From assembly GCF_011045215.1 (NCBI RefSeq), contig NZ_CP049201.1: a stretch of 64,000 nucleotides of DNA, one strand, 5' to 3'. This document shows positions 10,543 to 26,082 of the stretch, one piece after another (positions within the stretch are counted from its first letter, which is position 1; each line of letters starts with the position of its first letter). The notes below the pieces were generated by a model. It was given only the letters and a program-made list of their open reading frames with translations, was not told where the DNA came from and searched no databases. Both the position numbers and the translations under genes were made by a program. The stretch comes from Escherichia coli. Lineage in GTDB: Bacteria; Pseudomonadota; Gammaproteobacteria; Enterobacterales; Enterobacteriaceae.

Positions 10543-11366
10543 GTGTGCTCATTAATGAAAAACTGCATTCGCGGCGGCTGAAATGGCGCTGGCCGCTCTC
10601 GCGTCAGGTGACCTTAAGCATTGGCACGTTAGCGGTTTTACTCACTGTATGGTGGACGGTGGCGGCGCTGCAACTGATTAGCCCGCTGTTTTTACCGCCG
10701 CCGCAACAAGTACTGGCAAAACTGCTCACCATTGCCGGACCGCAGGGATTTATGGACGCCACGCTGTGGCAGCATCTGGCAGCCAGCCTGACGCGCATTG
10801 TGCTGGCGCTACTCGCGGCGGTGTTGATCGGCATTCCGGTCGGGATCGCCATGGGGCTAAGCCCGACGGTGCGCGGCATTCTGGATCCGGTAATCGAACT
10901 TTATCGTCCGGTGCCGCCGCTGGCTTATTTACCACTGATGGTGATCTGGTTTGGTATTGGCGAAACCTCGAAGATCTTACTGATCTATTTAGCGATTTTT
11001 GCGCCGGTGGCGATGTCGGCGCTGGCAGGGGTGAAAAGCGCGCAGCAGGTTCGCATTCGTGCCGCCCAGTCGCTGGGTGCCAGCCGTGCGCAGGTGCTGT
11101 GGTTTGTCATTTTGCCCGGCGCGCTGCCGGAAATCCTCACCGGATTACGTATTGGTCTGGGTGTGGGCTGGTCTACGCTGGTGGCGGCGGAGCTGATTGC
11201 CGCGACGCGCGGTTTAGGATTTATGGTTCAGTCAGCGGGTGAATTTCTCGCGACTGACGTGGTGCTGGCGGGGATCGCGGTGATTGCGATTATCGCCTTT
11301 CTTTTAGAACTGGGTCTGCGCGCGTTACAGCGCCGCCTGACGCCCTGGCATGGAGAAGTACAATGA
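10539..11366 (+). CDS. tauC: Taurine ABC transporter permease
   Basis: 275-aa hydrophobic permease; 4-bp overlap with tauB. Confidence 0.92.
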   Translation: MSVLINEKLHSRRLKWRWPLSRQVTLSIGTLAVLLTVWWTVAALQLISPLFLPPPQQVLAKLLTIAGPQGFMDATLWQHLAASLTRIVLALLAAVLIGIPVGIAMGLSPTVRGILDPVIELYRPVPPLAYLPLMVIWFGIGETSKILLIYLAIFAPVAMSALAGVKSAQQVRIRAAQSLGASRAQVLWFVILPGALPEILTGLRIGLGVGWSTLVAAELIAATRGLGFMVQSAGEFLATDVVLAGIAVIAIIAFLLELGLRALQRRLTPWHGEVQ

Positions 11367-12214
11367 GTGAACGTTTGAGTATTACCCCGCTGGGGCCGTA
11401 TATTGGCGCACAAATTTCGGGTGCCGACCTGACGCGCCCGTTAAGCGATAATCAGTTTGAACAACTTTACCATGCTGTACTGCGCCATCAGGTGGTGTTT
11501 CTGCGCGATCAAGCCATTACGCCGCAGCAGCAACGCGCGCTGGCCCAGCGTTTTGGTGAACTGCATATTCACCCTGTTTACCCTCATGCCGAAGGGGTTG
11601 ACGAGATCATCGTGCTGGATACCCATAACGATAATCCGCCAGATAACGACAACTGGCATACCGATGTGACATTTATTGAAACGCCACCCGCAGGGGCGAT
11701 TCTGGCGGCGAAAGAGTTACCCTCGACCGGCGGTGATACGCTCTGGACCAGCAGTATTGCGGCCTATGAGGCGCTCTCTGTTCCCTTCCGCCAGCTGCTA
11801 AGCGGGCTGCGTGCGGAGCATGATTTTCGTAAATCGTTCCCGGAATACAAATACCGCAAAACCGAGGAGGAACATCAACGCTGGCGCGAGGCGGTCGCGA
11901 AAAATCCGCCGTTGCTACATCCGGTGGTGCGAACGCATCCGGTGAGCGGTAAACAGGCGCTGTTTGTGAATGAAGGCTTTACTACGCGAATTGTTGATGT
12001 CAGCGAGAAAGAGAGCGAAGCCTTGTTAGGCTTTTTATTCGCCCATATCACTAAACCGGAGTTTCAGGTGCGCTGGCGCTGGCAACCGAATGATATTGCG
12101 ATTTGGGATAACCGTGTGACTCAGCACTATGCCAATGCCGATTACCTGCCACAGCGGCGGATTATGCATCGGGCGACGATTCTTGGGGATAAACCGTTTT
12201 ATCGGGCGGGGTAA
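11363..12214 (+). CDS. tauD: Taurine dioxygenase (alpha-ketoglutarate dependent)
   Basis: 283 aa matching TauD ([27 protein letters not shown]...); overlaps tauC by 4 bp. Confidence 0.93.
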   Translation: MSERLSITPLGPYIGAQISGADLTRPLSDNQFEQLYHAVLRHQVVFLRDQAITPQQQRALAQRFGELHIHPVYPHAEGVDEIIVLDTHNDNPPDNDNWHTDVTFIETPPAGAILAAKELPSTGGDTLWTSSIAAYEALSVPFRQLLSGLRAEHDFRKSFPEYKYRKTEEEHQRWREAVAKNPPLLHPVVRTHPVSGKQALFVNEGFTTRIVDVSEKESEALLGFLFAHITKPEFQVRWRWQPNDIAIWDNRVTQHYANADYLPQRRIMHRATILGDKPFYRAG

Positions 12215-12221
12215 TACGAGA

Positions 12222-12282
12222 GTGGACGGTCCCCTCGCCCCTTGGGGAGAGGGTTAGGGTGAGGGGGCGTTCACCGTGCTTT
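12222..12282. repeat. GC-rich intergenic repeat with internal dyad symmetry (Box C-like), between convergent tauD and hemB
   Basis: Sequence GGACGGTCCCCTCGCCCCTTGGGGAGAGGGTTAGGGTGAGGGGGCG contains CCCC/GGGG dyads; resembles a small dispersed enterobacterial intergenic repeat class. Family assignment is from memory only. Confidence 0.4.
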
Positions 12283-12319
12283 CAACAGGTTAACTCCCCC
12301 TTTCTGAAAGGAAACAAAA

Positions 12320-13294
12320 TTAACGCAGAATCTTCTTCTCAGCCAGATCCAGCGCAAAGTAGCTGAAAATCAGATCCGCACCTGCACGCTTAATCGAACC
12401 TAAGCTTTCGAGCACCACTTTCTCTTCATCTATAGCACCCGCCAGCGCGGCGAACTTAATCATCGCGTACTCACCGCTCACCTGATACGCGCCAATCGGC
12501 AATTCAGTACGTTCACGCAGCTCACGCACGATGTCGAGGTACGCTCCAGCAGGTTTAACCATCAGGCAGTCTGCGCCCTGGGCTTCATCCAGCAGTGACT
12601 CACGAATCGCCTCACGACGGTTCATTGGGTTCATCTGATAGCTTTTGCGGTCGCCTTTTAATGCGCTTCCGGCAGCTTCACGGAACGGACCATAAAAGGA
12701 GGAGGCGAACTTGGTCGAATACGACATAATCGCCGTATCTTTAAAGCCAGCAGCGTCCAGCGCCTGGCGAATCGCCTGTACCTGGCCATCCATCGCGGCG
12801 GAAGGGGCGATGAAGTCTGCACCTGCAGCAGCTGCAACCACGGCTTGCTTGCCTAAATTTTCCAGAGTCGCGTCGTTGTCGACGCCATGCTCGCACAGCA
12901 CACCGCAGTGACCGTGAGAAGTGTATTCACAGAAGCAGGTGTCTGACATGACAATCATTTCTGGCACTGTCTGCTTGCAGATGCGCGACATACGCGCCAC
13001 CAGTCCATCTTCCCGCCAGGCATCGCTGCCGGTTTCATCGGTATGGTGAGAGATGCCGAAAGTCATCACGGAACGAATACCGGCGTTGGCGATGCGTTCA
13101 ATTTCGCGTGCCAGATGTTTCTCTGGAATGCGCATCACGCCAGGCATGGCTTCAACGGCTTTGTAGTCGTCAATTTCTTCTTCAACAAAGATCGGCAACA
13201 CCAGGTCGTTAAGGCTAAGTGTTGTCTCTTCAAACATAGCGCGCAGCGCAGGAGATTTGCGCAGGCGACGAGGGCGTTGGATTAAGTCTGTCAT
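12320..13294 (-). CDS. hemB: Porphobilinogen synthase (delta-aminolevulinic acid dehydratase)
   Basis: ORF track 12320..13327 trimmed to [28 protein letters not shown] (324 aa), matching HemB. Confidence 0.93.
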
Positions 13295-13819
13295 GGTCTG
13301 CCTGATGTTTGTGGAATTAAGGTGCACAGTATACCTGAAGCGGGGCAGGAGTGTTTTACGAAAGTTGTCACGATGTTGACAAGAAGAGAATGAAAGAGAG
13401 ACCAGGGCATCTTTGTAATAGAAATAGCAATAACTTCATATTCACTGAAAATATTTTTTAATTTTTATTTATAGGTGCTGGTTATTATTTTTGCTAATTT
13501 GGTTGAACTGTCAAAAATTGAATTACTTAAAGTTCATTGTTTATTGATACATTATTTGTCTGATTTGTTGTTTTGGTATTTTTAGGATCTATAATTCAAA
13601 ATTAATGATTTCATTAACGTGTTGAAATGCAGTGTTTTTGTCAACTTATTCTTTGTGCGTATAGATATTTTTATATATGTCCGCAATCGGACTTAGGGGA
13701 AAGAATAATTGAACCATTCCTCTATAACGCCGCATAATCGTAAACGCGAAACATAAGATGTTTTCTATGCATTGATAATTGATGGATCAACTTATTACGT
13801 CCCTGAGGAGGGATGACAA

Positions 13820-16819
<3,000 letters not shown>

Positions 16820-16820
16820 A

Positions 16821-17509
<689 letters not shown>

Positions 17510-18667
17510 TCAGGATGCGGGGATAACCAACGGTTTATTCCCGCTTAGCTCGGTCACCAGATCATTGATGCCATCGCTCATATTTTTAAAGCGCGTCAAC
17601 GGCGAACGAGTGACCACCACAAATGCGCCAATATTCTTCTGCGGGATCATCGCCATATAGGTAATGAAACCGCCACCACCGCCTGTCTTCTGAATAATCC
17701 CCGGACGACCCTCTTTCGGGGCCATATATACCCAGCCTAAACCAAGCGCATCCGCTTTGCCGGGGACATCCATGCCAATCACTTTCGTAAACTGCGCGCG
17801 CTGATAAATCAACGTCTGCATGCGATCTGCCTGGTTACTGCGCTGATAAAAATCAGATGACAAATACTGCTGCATCCAGCGCATCATATCGCCAGGCGTG
17901 GAATAGACGCCGCCGCTGCCAATTGCCGCCAGCGTGTTATTGCACGGACTGGCTCCGCGCTCAGCAACCATTAAACGGCGGCACTGATCCGGTGAGGGGG
18001 TGTAGGTGGTGTCTTTCATCCCCAATGGACGGGTAATCTGCTCTTCAAACAACTGGGTATAAGGCTTGCCGGACGCATTCGCCAGTGCATCTGCCAGCAG
18101 GTCGAACGCAAGGTTAGAGTACGCCGCCTGACTGCCTGGCGCGGCTTTCAGCTTCGCCGTAGAAAGGTATTTCCAGCGTTGCTCGCGCGTTGGCCAGACA
18201 AACACCGGACGATGTGCCGCGCCACCGGGCTGTTCACGGGGCAGGGCGCTGGTATGGGTTGCCAGATTGACCAGCGTAATGGGCGTCCCATTGTAGGTTG
18301 GCACGCGTGCGCCTGGCGGAGCATATTTACTTAGCGGATCGTTTAACTTCACGGTCCCCTGGTCGAGCAATTTCACCAGCATCTCACTGGTCATTAGCTT
18401 GGTGAGGGAAGCAATACGCACGACCGAATCCAGCTGCGGGCGAACGTTATTACCAGGTCGCGTTTCGCCATAACTGCGAAAGACGCGCTGGTTACCGTCG
18501 ATAACAACCAGCGCCATCCCCGTGGCACCGCTGCCGTAAAAAATATGATCGGCATAACGATCGACAATATCAGAGGCAAACTCCGGTTCAGTGATCGGCT
18601 GCGCCGCATGGACGGAGGTCAATGACGCCGCACACAGCACGGCAGAAAAAAGCAGACTACGTTTCAA
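17510..18667 (-). CDS. ampH: Penicillin-binding protein AmpH (class C beta-lactamase-like D-Ala carboxypeptidase/endopeptidase)
   Basis: 385 aa with signal peptide and the serine active-site motif (SLTK) of the AmpC/AmpH family. Confidence 0.93.
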   Translation of the reverse strand: MKRSLLFSAVLCAASLTSVHAAQPITEPEFASDIVDRYADHIFYGSGATGMALVVIDGNQRVFRSYGETRPGNNVRPQLDSVVRIASLTKLMTSEMLVKLLDQGTVKLNDPLSKYAPPGARVPTYNGTPITLVNLATHTSALPREQPGGAAHRPVFVWPTREQRWKYLSTAKLKAAPGSQAAYSNLAFDLLADALANASGKPYTQLFEEQITRPLGMKDTTYTPSPDQCRRLMVAERGASPCNNTLAAIGSGGVYSTPGDMMRWMQQYLSSDFYQRSNQADRMQTLIYQRAQFTKVIGMDVPGKADALGLGWVYMAPKEGRPGIIQKTGGGGGFITYMAMIPQKNIGAFVVVTRSPLTRFKNMSDGINDLVTELSGNKPLVIPAS

Positions 18668-19018
18668 CGGTGGTGTCCATAAATTGAATGAAGGTAACTG
18701 AGCGTATTTATACTACTCATTGATGGATTGCAAAGGGCGAATTAGTGCAATAATAGTGTTAAAAACGTAACGGCGCGTAAACACGATCTTTTTCCTGCTC
18801 ACCAATGCCTGCATTTGTGATCCTGCGCGTGTTAATCCGCTTATGTAAACAATCTTTGGTTTGTGAAATCCGTCGAAACAATTCTTATGGCCAGGCTGGC
18901 GAACTAAGCGCCTTGCTATGGGTCACAATGGGCGGTTTCATTTGGCTGACGCTTTGTAGCGGTCATGCGGTTAATACACAGCAGTTGTTAAAACGATAAG
19001 AAGTTAGCAGGAGTGCAT

Positions 19019-20239
19019 ATGTTTAAGTCTTTTTTCCCAAAGCCGGGAACGTTTTTTCTCTCGGCCTTTGTTTGGGCATTGATTGCCGTTATCTTCTGGC
19101 AAGCCGGTGGGGGGGACTGGGTGGCGCGTATCACCGGCGCTTCCGGGCAGATCCCGATTAGCGCCGCGCGTTTCTGGTCGTTGGATTTCCTGATTTTTTA
19201 CGCTTACTACATTGTTTGCGTAGGACTTTTTGCATTGTTCTGGTTTATCTACAGCCCGCACCGTTGGCAATACTGGTCAATACTCGGTACTGCACTGATC
19301 ATCTTCGTCACCTGGTTTTTGGTGGAAGTCGGGGTTGCCGTCAACGCCTGGTATGCACCGTTCTATGATCTGATTCAAACCGCGCTAAGTTCGCCGCATA
19401 AAGTCACTATCGAACAATTTTACCGCGAAGTGGGCGTCTTTCTGGGGATTGCGCTGATCGCGGTAGTGATCAGTGTGCTGAATAACTTCTTTGTCAGTCA
19501 CTACGTGTTCCGCTGGCGTACGGCGATGAACGAATATTACATGGCGAACTGGCAACAACTGCGTCATATCGAAGGCGCCGCACAGCGTGTGCAGGAAGAC
19601 ACCATGCGTTTTGCTTCAACGCTGGAGAATATGGGCGTCAGTTTTATCAACGCCATCATGACGTTGATCGCCTTCCTGCCGGTGCTGGTAACGCTCTCCG
19701 CGCATGTGCCGGAGCTGCCGATTATCGGGCACATTCCGTATGGTCTGGTGATTGCCGCTATCGTCTGGTCGCTGATGGGGACCGGATTGCTGGCAGTGGT
19801 AGGGATCAAACTGCCGGGGCTGGAGTTTAAAAACCAGCGAGTAGAGGCTGCCTACCGTAAAGAGCTGGTTTATGGTGAAGACGATGCCACGCGCGCGACG
19901 CCGCCAACGGTACGCGAGCTGTTTAGCGCCGTACGGAAAAACTATTTCCGCCTCTATTTTCACTATATGTATTTCAACATCGCTCGCATTCTCTATTTGC
20001 AGGTCGATAACGTTTTCGGTTTGTTCTTGCTGTTTCCGTCAATTGTTGCCGGTACGATTACGCTCGGCCTGATGACGCAGATTACCAACGTTTTTGGTCA
20101 GGTTCGCGGTGCTTTCCAGTACCTGATTAACTCATGGACCACACTGGTTGAGTTGATGTCTATCTACAAACGTCTGCGCAGCTTTGAACATGAGCTGGAT
20201 GGTGACAAAATTCAGGAAGTAACCCATACCTTGAGCTAA
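19019..20239 (+). CDS. sbmA: Peptide antibiotic/antimicrobial-peptide importer SbmA
   Basis: ORF track 19013..20239 trimmed to [24 protein letters not shown] (406 aa), matching SbmA. Confidence 0.93.
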   Translation: MFKSFFPKPGTFFLSAFVWALIAVIFWQAGGGDWVARITGASGQIPISAARFWSLDFLIFYAYYIVCVGLFALFWFIYSPHRWQYWSILGTALIIFVTWFLVEVGVAVNAWYAPFYDLIQTALSSPHKVTIEQFYREVGVFLGIALIAVVISVLNNFFVSHYVFRWRTAMNEYYMANWQQLRHIEGAAQRVQEDTMRFASTLENMGVSFINAIMTLIAFLPVLVTLSAHVPELPIIGHIPYGLVIAAIVWSLMGTGLLAVVGIKLPGLEFKNQRVEAAYRKELVYGEDDATRATPPTVRELFSAVRKNYFRLYFHYMYFNIARILYLQVDNVFGLFLLFPSIVAGTITLGLMTQITNVFGQVRGAFQYLINSWTTLVELMSIYKRLRSFEHELDGDKIQEVTHTLS

Positions 20240-20251
20240 AAAGGAGAAGTA

Positions 20252-21346
20252 ATGTCGCGCGTCAATCCTCTATCTTCGCTGTCATTGTTGGCGGTTCTGG
20301 TTTTAGCGGGGTGCAGTAGTCAGGCTCCGCAACCGTTGAAAAAGGGCGAAAAAGCGATAGATGTGGCGAGCGTCGTGCGGCAGAAGATGCCTGCGAACGT
20401 GAAAGACCGTGATGCCTGGGCAAAAGATCTCGCCACCACCTTTGAAAGTCAGGGGCTGGCACCGACGCTGGAAAACGTCTGCTCGGTGCTGGCGGTGGCG
20501 CAGCAGGAGTCAAATTATCAGGCAGATCCGGCCGTTCCGGGCTTAAGCAAAATCGCCTGGCAAGAGATTGACCGTCGTGCTGAACGGATGCACATTCCTC
20601 CTTTTCTGGTTCATACCGCGCTAAAAATCAAATCGCCAAACGGCAAAAGTTATAGCGAACGGTTAGATTCGGTGCGTACAGAAAAGCAATTGAGCGCGAT
20701 TTTTGACGATCTGATCAGCATGGTGCCAATGGGGCAGACGCTGTTTGGTTCGCTTAATCCGGTGCGCACCGGTGGGCCGATGCAGGTCAGCATTGCTTTT
20801 GCCGAACAGCATACCAAAGGGTATCCGTGGAAAATGGACGGTACAGTCCGTCAGGAAGTCTTTAGTCGCCGCGGCGGGTTGTGGTTTGGTACTTACCATT
20901 TACTGAATTATCCCGCCAGTTATAGCGCACCGATATACCGTTTTGCTGATTTTAACGCTGGCTGGTACGCCAGCCGTAATGCCGCGTTTCAGAACGCGGT
21001 CAGTAAGGCCAGCGGCGTGAAGCTGGCACTGGACGGTGATTTAATTCGTTACGACAGTAAAGAACCCGGGAAAACCGAACTGGCAACGCGCAAACTGGCG
21101 GCAAAACTGGGGATGAGCGACAGCGAAATTCGTCGTCAGCTAGAGAAAGGTGACAGCTTCTCTTTTGAGGAGACGGCGCTGTACAAGAAAGTTTATCAAC
21201 TTGCCGAAGCGAAAACGGGTAAATCACTCCCCCGCGAAATGTTGCCTGGCATTCAACTGGAAAGCCCGAAAATCACCCGCAACCTGACTACGGCCTGGTT
21301 TGCGAAGCGCGTAGACGAACGGCGGGCGCGTTGTATGAAACAGTGA
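20252..21346 (+). CDS. yaiW: Lipoprotein YaiW
   Basis: 364 aa with lipobox LAGC; downstream of sbmA with a 12-bp gap, consistent with the sbmA-yaiW operon. Confidence 0.9.
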   Translation: MSRVNPLSSLSLLAVLVLAGCSSQAPQPLKKGEKAIDVASVVRQKMPANVKDRDAWAKDLATTFESQGLAPTLENVCSVLAVAQQESNYQADPAVPGLSKIAWQEIDRRAERMHIPPFLVHTALKIKSPNGKSYSERLDSVRTEKQLSAIFDDLISMVPMGQTLFGSLNPVRTGGPMQVSIAFAEQHTKGYPWKMDGTVRQEVFSRRGGLWFGTYHLLNYPASYSAPIYRFADFNAGWYASRNAAFQNAVSKASGVKLALDGDLIRYDSKEPGKTELATRKLAAKLGMSDSEIRRQLEKGDSFSFEETALYKKVYQLAEAKTGKSLPREMLPGIQLESPKITRNLTTAWFAKRVDERRARCMKQ

Positions 21347-21363
21347 TCAAACAGGAATGTCAT

Positions 21364-21394
21364 GCCAGATAAGGCGTTTTAGGCCGTATCTGGC
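21364..21394. terminator. Hairpin between convergent yaiW and yaiY (possible bidirectional terminator)
   Basis: GCCAGATA...TATCTGGC inverted repeat read directly from the sequence. Confidence 0.5.
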
Positions 21395-21404
21395 AACGTA
21401 AATC

Positions 21405-21713
21405 TTACTGGCGGCGATGTCGCCAGTGCAGCCATAGCGCCACCACTGCAAAAATGAGGCAGCCTACTAAAAACGGGATCAGCCCGAAAATGGTGCCGAC
21501 ACCTAAACCAATTTCCACCCGTGGGCGACCTGTTTCCTGGACCTGCATTAAACGCTCATAGACGCCGGGCGCATGCACTAACAGGTTCAGCAATTGCGCC
21601 CCAGCCCAAAAGCAAAACAGCACAAACAACGCATAGGCAATGTTGCCAGGCGTTGAAGAGGCATTGCGATATTTTCCGCTAAACAGCGATTTTGACAGGG
21701 TGAAATCAGCCAT
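21405..21713 (-). CDS. yaiY: Inner membrane protein YaiY
   Basis: 102-aa ORF matching YaiY ([33 protein letters not shown]...). Confidence 0.9.
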
Positions 21714-21972
21714 AAAAACCTCCGGAAGTCATCTGCTTCTCTTCTGGTGTGATACCAGCGGCTTATGGCAAGTCTGACAGGTCATTTAGATTGTCAATAT
21801 CAGAATCATGGTAAATTGATGTTGGGAATATTCCCGAAGCGTGAATCTTCGCTGCGAGTCACAAAATAGCAACTTTAAGTTAAATTTATTAACAATTGCG
21901 AAAATGTTGTCTACACCACAGACGGTTGTTGCAGAATATGCAAGGATGTTGTTTTTCGTTAACGGAGCAGCC

Positions 21973-22185
21973 ATGAATCTGCCTGTAAAAATCCGCCGTG
22001 ACTGGCACTACTATGCGTTCGCCATTGGTCTTATATTCATTCTTAATGGCGTGGTGGGGTTACTGGGATTTGAAGCAAAAGGTTGGCAGACCTATGCCGT
22101 CGGTCTGGTGACGTGGGTGATTAGTTTCTGGCTGGCGGGGTTGATTATTCGTCGTCGCGATGAAGAAACTGAAAACGCCCAATAA
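21973..22185 (+). CDS. yaiZ: Small membrane protein YaiZ
   Basis: ORF track 21841..22185 trimmed to MNLPVKIRRDWHYYAFAIGLIF (70 aa). Confidence 0.85.
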   Translation: MNLPVKIRRDWHYYAFAIGLIFILNGVVGLLGFEAKGWQTYAVGLVTWVISFWLAGLIIRRRDEETENAQ

Positions 22186-22208
22186 GAATATTATCGGGCG
22201 TTAAAATA

Positions 22209-23303
22209 TTACATTGTGGTTTTCAATGCGTTATCCGCAGCGTGACGCTCCAGCGCCAGCTCAATCAAACGTGTGATCAGATCGGTGTAACCCAGACCGC
22301 TGGCTTGCCACAGCTTCGGATACATACTGATGTTGGTGAAGCCAGGCAGTGTGTTGATCTCGTTGATCACCACTTCGTTCTCTGGGGTTAAAAACACGTC
22401 TACACGCGCCATGCCTGCGCATCCCAACGTCTGATAAGCCTGAACGGCAATCGCCCGGATCTTATCGTTGATTTCTGGCGCAATGGCTGCCGGAACTACC
22501 ACTTTCGCGCCATCTTCGTCAATGTACTTGGTGTCGTAGGCATAGAAATCGCTGTTGAGTACGATCTCGCCACAGGTGCTGGCTTGCGGATTGTCGTTGC
22601 CCAGAACTGCGCATTCGATCTCACGACCTTTGATCCCTTGCTCAACGATCACTTTATGATCGAACTCGAACGCCAGATCGACGGCAATTGCGTACTGTTC
22701 TTCACTGGTTACTTTGCTGACACCAACAGAAGAGCCCTGATTAGCCGGTTTTACAAACAGTGGTAACCCCAGTTTAGACTCCACTTCGGCAAAACTGATG
22801 TTGTGACGATTAGCGCGCGTCAGGGTAATAAATGGCGCAATGTTCAGCCCGGCATCGCGTAGCAGACGTTTGGTGACATCTTTATCCATACAGGCTGCTG
22901 AAGCCAGAACATCAGAACCTACAAACGGTAAATTGGCGACCCGCAGCATTCCCTGCAAGGAACCATCTTCGCCCAGCGTACCGTGGACAATCGGGAAAAT
23001 GACATCCACCGTCGGCAACGGCTGACCGTTTTGCGCGTCGATAAGCTGATGCTCATGTTTACCTGGCACTTGCGCAAGGCTGGTCGCCGAAGGGCGCAAC
23101 GCAATATGGGCAGGATCGTCTGCATTTAGCAGATAATTGCTGGCATCGCTGACGTGCCATTGCCCTTGTTTATCAATGCCCAGCAGCACAACGTCGAAGC
23201 GACTTTTATCAATGGCATCGACAATGTTTTTTGCCGATTGCAGAGACACTTCATGTTCCGCTGATTTACCACCAAAAACGATTCCTACCCGCAGTTTTTC
23301 CAT
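22209..23303 (-). CDS. ddlA: D-alanine--D-alanine ligase A
   Basis: 364 aa, [28 protein letters not shown]..., ATP-grasp ligase. Confidence 0.94.
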   Translation of the reverse strand: MEKLRVGIVFGGKSAEHEVSLQSAKNIVDAIDKSRFDVVLLGIDKQGQWHVSDASNYLLNADDPAHIALRPSATSLAQVPGKHEHQLIDAQNGQPLPTVDVIFPIVHGTLGEDGSLQGMLRVANLPFVGSDVLASAACMDKDVTKRLLRDAGLNIAPFITLTRANRHNISFAEVESKLGLPLFVKPANQGSSVGVSKVTSEEQYAIAVDLAFEFDHKVIVEQGIKGREIECAVLGNDNPQASTCGEIVLNSDFYAYDTKYIDEDGAKVVVPAAIAPEINDKIRAIAVQAYQTLGCAGMARVDVFLTPENEVVINEINTLPGFTNISMYPKLWQASGLGYTDLITRLIELALERHAADNALKTTM

Positions 23304-23765
23304 CTTAAAAACCTATCCCGTCTAACACAAAGTGCATACATTACCACGACAAAACGGGGGATTCGCGGCCTTCTGAAAGATTGTTGCAATCTTCTGCTGA
23401 CAAAGCGTGCAACGTACTGGTGAAGAAAGTGCGTTATCTCAAAGATGTGCGCAAGATCACAAAAATGATGAACGGGAAGCTAATTTATTCCTGGCTTAAA
23501 TGGCCATGCGGTGAGTTTTTTTCTCTTAATTATAAGTTAACGAAGAGAATATATTTCATAACTTTTATTTATAATAAAGGTTGATAATTAAAAGCCTATA
23601 TTTTGTGTGGGTAATTATTTAAATAAGAGAAACGTTTCGCTGGTAATCAAACAAAAAATATTTGCGCAAAGTATTTCCTTTGTCATAAAAATAATACTTC
23701 CAGACACTATGAAGTTGTGAAACATAATGTTAACTTCTCCATACTTTGGATAAGGAAATACAGAC

Positions 23766-24026
23766 ATGAAAAATCTCATTGCTGAGTTGTTATTTAAGCT
23801 TGCCCAAAAAGAAGAAGAGTCGAAAGAACTGTGTGCGCAGGTAGAAGCTTTGGAGATTATCGTCACTGCAATGCTTCGCAATATGGCGCAAAATGACCAA
23901 CAACGGTTGATTGATCAGGTAGAGGGGGCGCTGTACGAGGTAAAGCCCGATGCCAGCATTCCTGACGACGATACGGAGCTGCTGCGCGATTACGTAAAGA
24001 AGTTATTGAAGCATCCTCGTCAGTAA
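23766..24026 (+). CDS. iraP: Anti-adaptor protein IraP (RpoS stabiliser under phosphate starvation)
   Basis: 86-aa ORF matching IraP/YaiB; preceded by an approximately 460-bp AT-rich regulatory region. Confidence 0.9.
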
Positions 24027-24046
24027 AAAGTTAATCTTTTCAACAG

Positions 24047-24081
24047 CTGTCATAAAGTTGTCACGGCCGAGACTTATAGTC
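24047..24081 (+). promoter_or_regulatory. phoA promoter: Pho box (CTGTCATAAAGTTGTCAC) and -10 TATAGT
   Basis: Direct-repeat CTGTCAT/TTGTCAC spaced as in the PhoB-binding consensus, about 65 bp upstream of the phoA GTG start. Confidence 0.8.
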
Positions 24082-24126
24082 GCTTTGTTTTTATTTTTTA
24101 ATGTATTTGTACATGGAGAAAATAAA

Positions 24127-25542
24127 GTGAAACAAAGCACTATTGCACTGGCACTCTTACCGTTACTGTTTACCCCTGTGACAAAAGCCCGGACACCAGA
24201 AATGCCTGTTCTGGAAAACCGGGCTGCTCAGGGCGATATTACTGCACCCGGCGGTGCTCGCCGCTTAACGGCTGATCAGACCGCCGCTCTGCGTGATTCT
24301 CTTAGCGATAAACCTGCAAAAAATATTATTTTGCTGATTGGCGATGGGATGGGGGATTCGGAAATTACTGCCGCACGTAATTATGCCGAAGGTGCGGGCG
24401 GCTTTTTTAAAGGTATCGATGCCTTACCGCTGACCGGGCAATACACTCACTATGCGCTGAATAAAAAAACCGGCAAACCGGACTACGTCACCGACTCGGC
24501 TGCATCAGCAACCGCCTGGTCAACCGGTGTCAAAACCTATAACGGCGCGCTGGGCGTCGATATTCACGAAAAAGATCACCCAACGATTCTGGAAATGGCA
24601 AAAGCCGCAGGTCTGGCGACCGGTAACGTTTCTACCGCAGAGTTGCAGGATGCCACGCCCGCTGCGCTGGTGGCACATGTGACCTCGCGCAAATGCTACG
24701 GTCCGAGCGCGACCAGTGAAAAATGTCCGGGTAACGCTCTGGAAAAAGGCGGAAAAGGATCGATTACCGAACAGCTGCTTAACGCTCGTGCCGACGTTAC
24801 GCTTGGCGGCGGCGCAAAAACCTTTGCTGAAACGGCAACCGCTGGTGAATGGCAGGGAAAAACGCTGCGTGAACAGGCACAGGCGCGTGGTTATCAGTTG
24901 GTGAGCGATGCTGCCTCACTGAATTCGGTGACGGAAGCGAATCAGCAAAAACCCCTGCTTGGCCTGTTTGCTGACGGCAATATGCCAGTGCGCTGGCTAG
25001 GACCGAAAGCAACATACCATGGCAATATCGATAAGCCCGCAGTCACCTGTACGCCTAATCCGCAACGTAATGACAGTGTACCAACCCTGGCGCAGATGAC
25101 CGACAAAGCCATTGAATTGTTGAGTAAAAATGAGAAAGGCTTTTTCCTGCAAGTTGAAGGTGCGTCAATCGATAAACAGGATCATGCTGCGAATCCTTGT
25201 GGGCAAATTGGCGAGACGGTCGATCTCGATGAAGCCGTACAACGGGCGCTGGAATTCGCTAAAAAGGAGGGTAACACGCTGGTCATAGTCACCGCTGATC
25301 ACGCCCACGCCAGCCAGATTGTTGCGCCGGATACCAAAGCTCCGGGCCTCACCCAGGCGCTAAATACCAAAGATGGCGCAGTGATGGTGATGAGTTACGG
25401 GAACTCCGAAGAGGATTCACAAGAACATACAGGCAGTCAGTTGCGTATTGCGGCGTATGGCCCGCATGCCGCCAATGTTGTTGGACTGACCGACCAGACC
25501 GATCTCTTCTACACCATGAAAGCCGCCCTGGGGCTGAAATAA
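24127..25542 (+). CDS. phoA: Alkaline phosphatase
   Basis: ORF track 24058..25542; true start taken as the GTG at 24127 ([21 protein letters not shown] signal peptide), giving 471 aa. Confidence 0.95.
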   Translation: MKQSTIALALLPLLFTPVTKARTPEMPVLENRAAQGDITAPGGARRLTADQTAALRDSLSDKPAKNIILLIGDGMGDSEITAARNYAEGAGGFFKGIDALPLTGQYTHYALNKKTGKPDYVTDSAASATAWSTGVKTYNGALGVDIHEKDHPTILEMAKAAGLATGNVSTAELQDATPAALVAHVTSRKCYGPSATSEKCPGNALEKGGKGSITEQLLNARADVTLGGGAKTFAETATAGEWQGKTLREQAQARGYQLVSDAASLNSVTEANQQKPLLGLFADGNMPVRWLGPKATYHGNIDKPAVTCTPNPQRNDSVPTLAQMTDKAIELLSKNEKGFFLQVEGASIDKQDHAANPCGQIGETVDLDEAVQRALEFAKKEGNTLVIVTADHAHASQIVAPDTKAPGLTQALNTKDGAVMVMSYGNSEEDSQEHTGSQLRIAAYGPHAANVVGLTDQTDLFYTMKAALGLK

Positions 25543-25547
25543 AACCG

Positions 25548-25585
25548 CGCCCGGCAGTGAATTTTCGCTGCCGGGTGGTTTTTTT
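25548..25585 (+). terminator. Rho-independent terminator after phoA
   Basis: CCCGGCAG-loop-CTGCCGGG stem followed by TGGTTTTTTT. Confidence 0.8.
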
Positions 25586-25660
25586 GCTGTTAGCAACCAG
25601 ACTTAATGGCAGATCACAGGCGCATACGCTCATGGTTAAAACATGAAGAGGGATGGTGCT

Positions 25661-25981
25661 ATGAAAATTACATTACTGGTTACCTTGCTTTTCGGTCTGG
25701 TTTTTTTAACCACCGTCGGCGCTGCCGAGAGAACCTTAACCCCACAACAACAGCGTATGACCTCCTGTAATCAGCAGGCGACGGCGCAGGCGTTGAAAGG
25801 GGATGCTCGTAAGACCTACATGAGTGATTGCCTGAAGAACAGCAAGTCTGCGCCTGGTGAAAAAAGTTTGACGCCACAGCAGCAAAAGATGCGCGAATGT
25901 AATAATCAAGCAACGCAACAATCTCTGAAAGGTGATGATCGTAATAAGTTTATGAGCGCCTGCCTCAAGAAAGCCGCCTGA
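25661..25981 (+). CDS. psiF: Phosphate starvation-inducible protein PsiF
   Basis: ORF track 25643..25981 trimmed to MKITLLVTLLFGL (106 aa); contains a duplicated LTPQQQ...C..Q internal repeat. Confidence 0.9.
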   Translation: MKITLLVTLLFGLVFLTTVGAAERTLTPQQQRMTSCNQQATAQALKGDARKTYMSDCLKNSKSAPGEKSLTPQQQKMRECNNQATQQSLKGDDRNKFMSACLKKAA

Positions 25982-26082
25982 CACCTGATAGTGCTAACGG
26001 GTGAGCTACGAAAATGGCTCACCCGAAATTTCATACTTCTGCCTTTAGCCCCGTCTCTATAATTTGGGAAAATTGTTTCTGA

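Noticed and set aside
23330-23765. Small ORFs (67 aa at 23381..23584 plus; 88 aa at 23615..23881 minus) in the AT-rich region upstream of iraP
   Set aside because: AT-rich promoter region where short ORFs arise by chance. The minus-strand one overlaps the iraP start and neither has a recognisable motif; more likely the iraP regulatory region.
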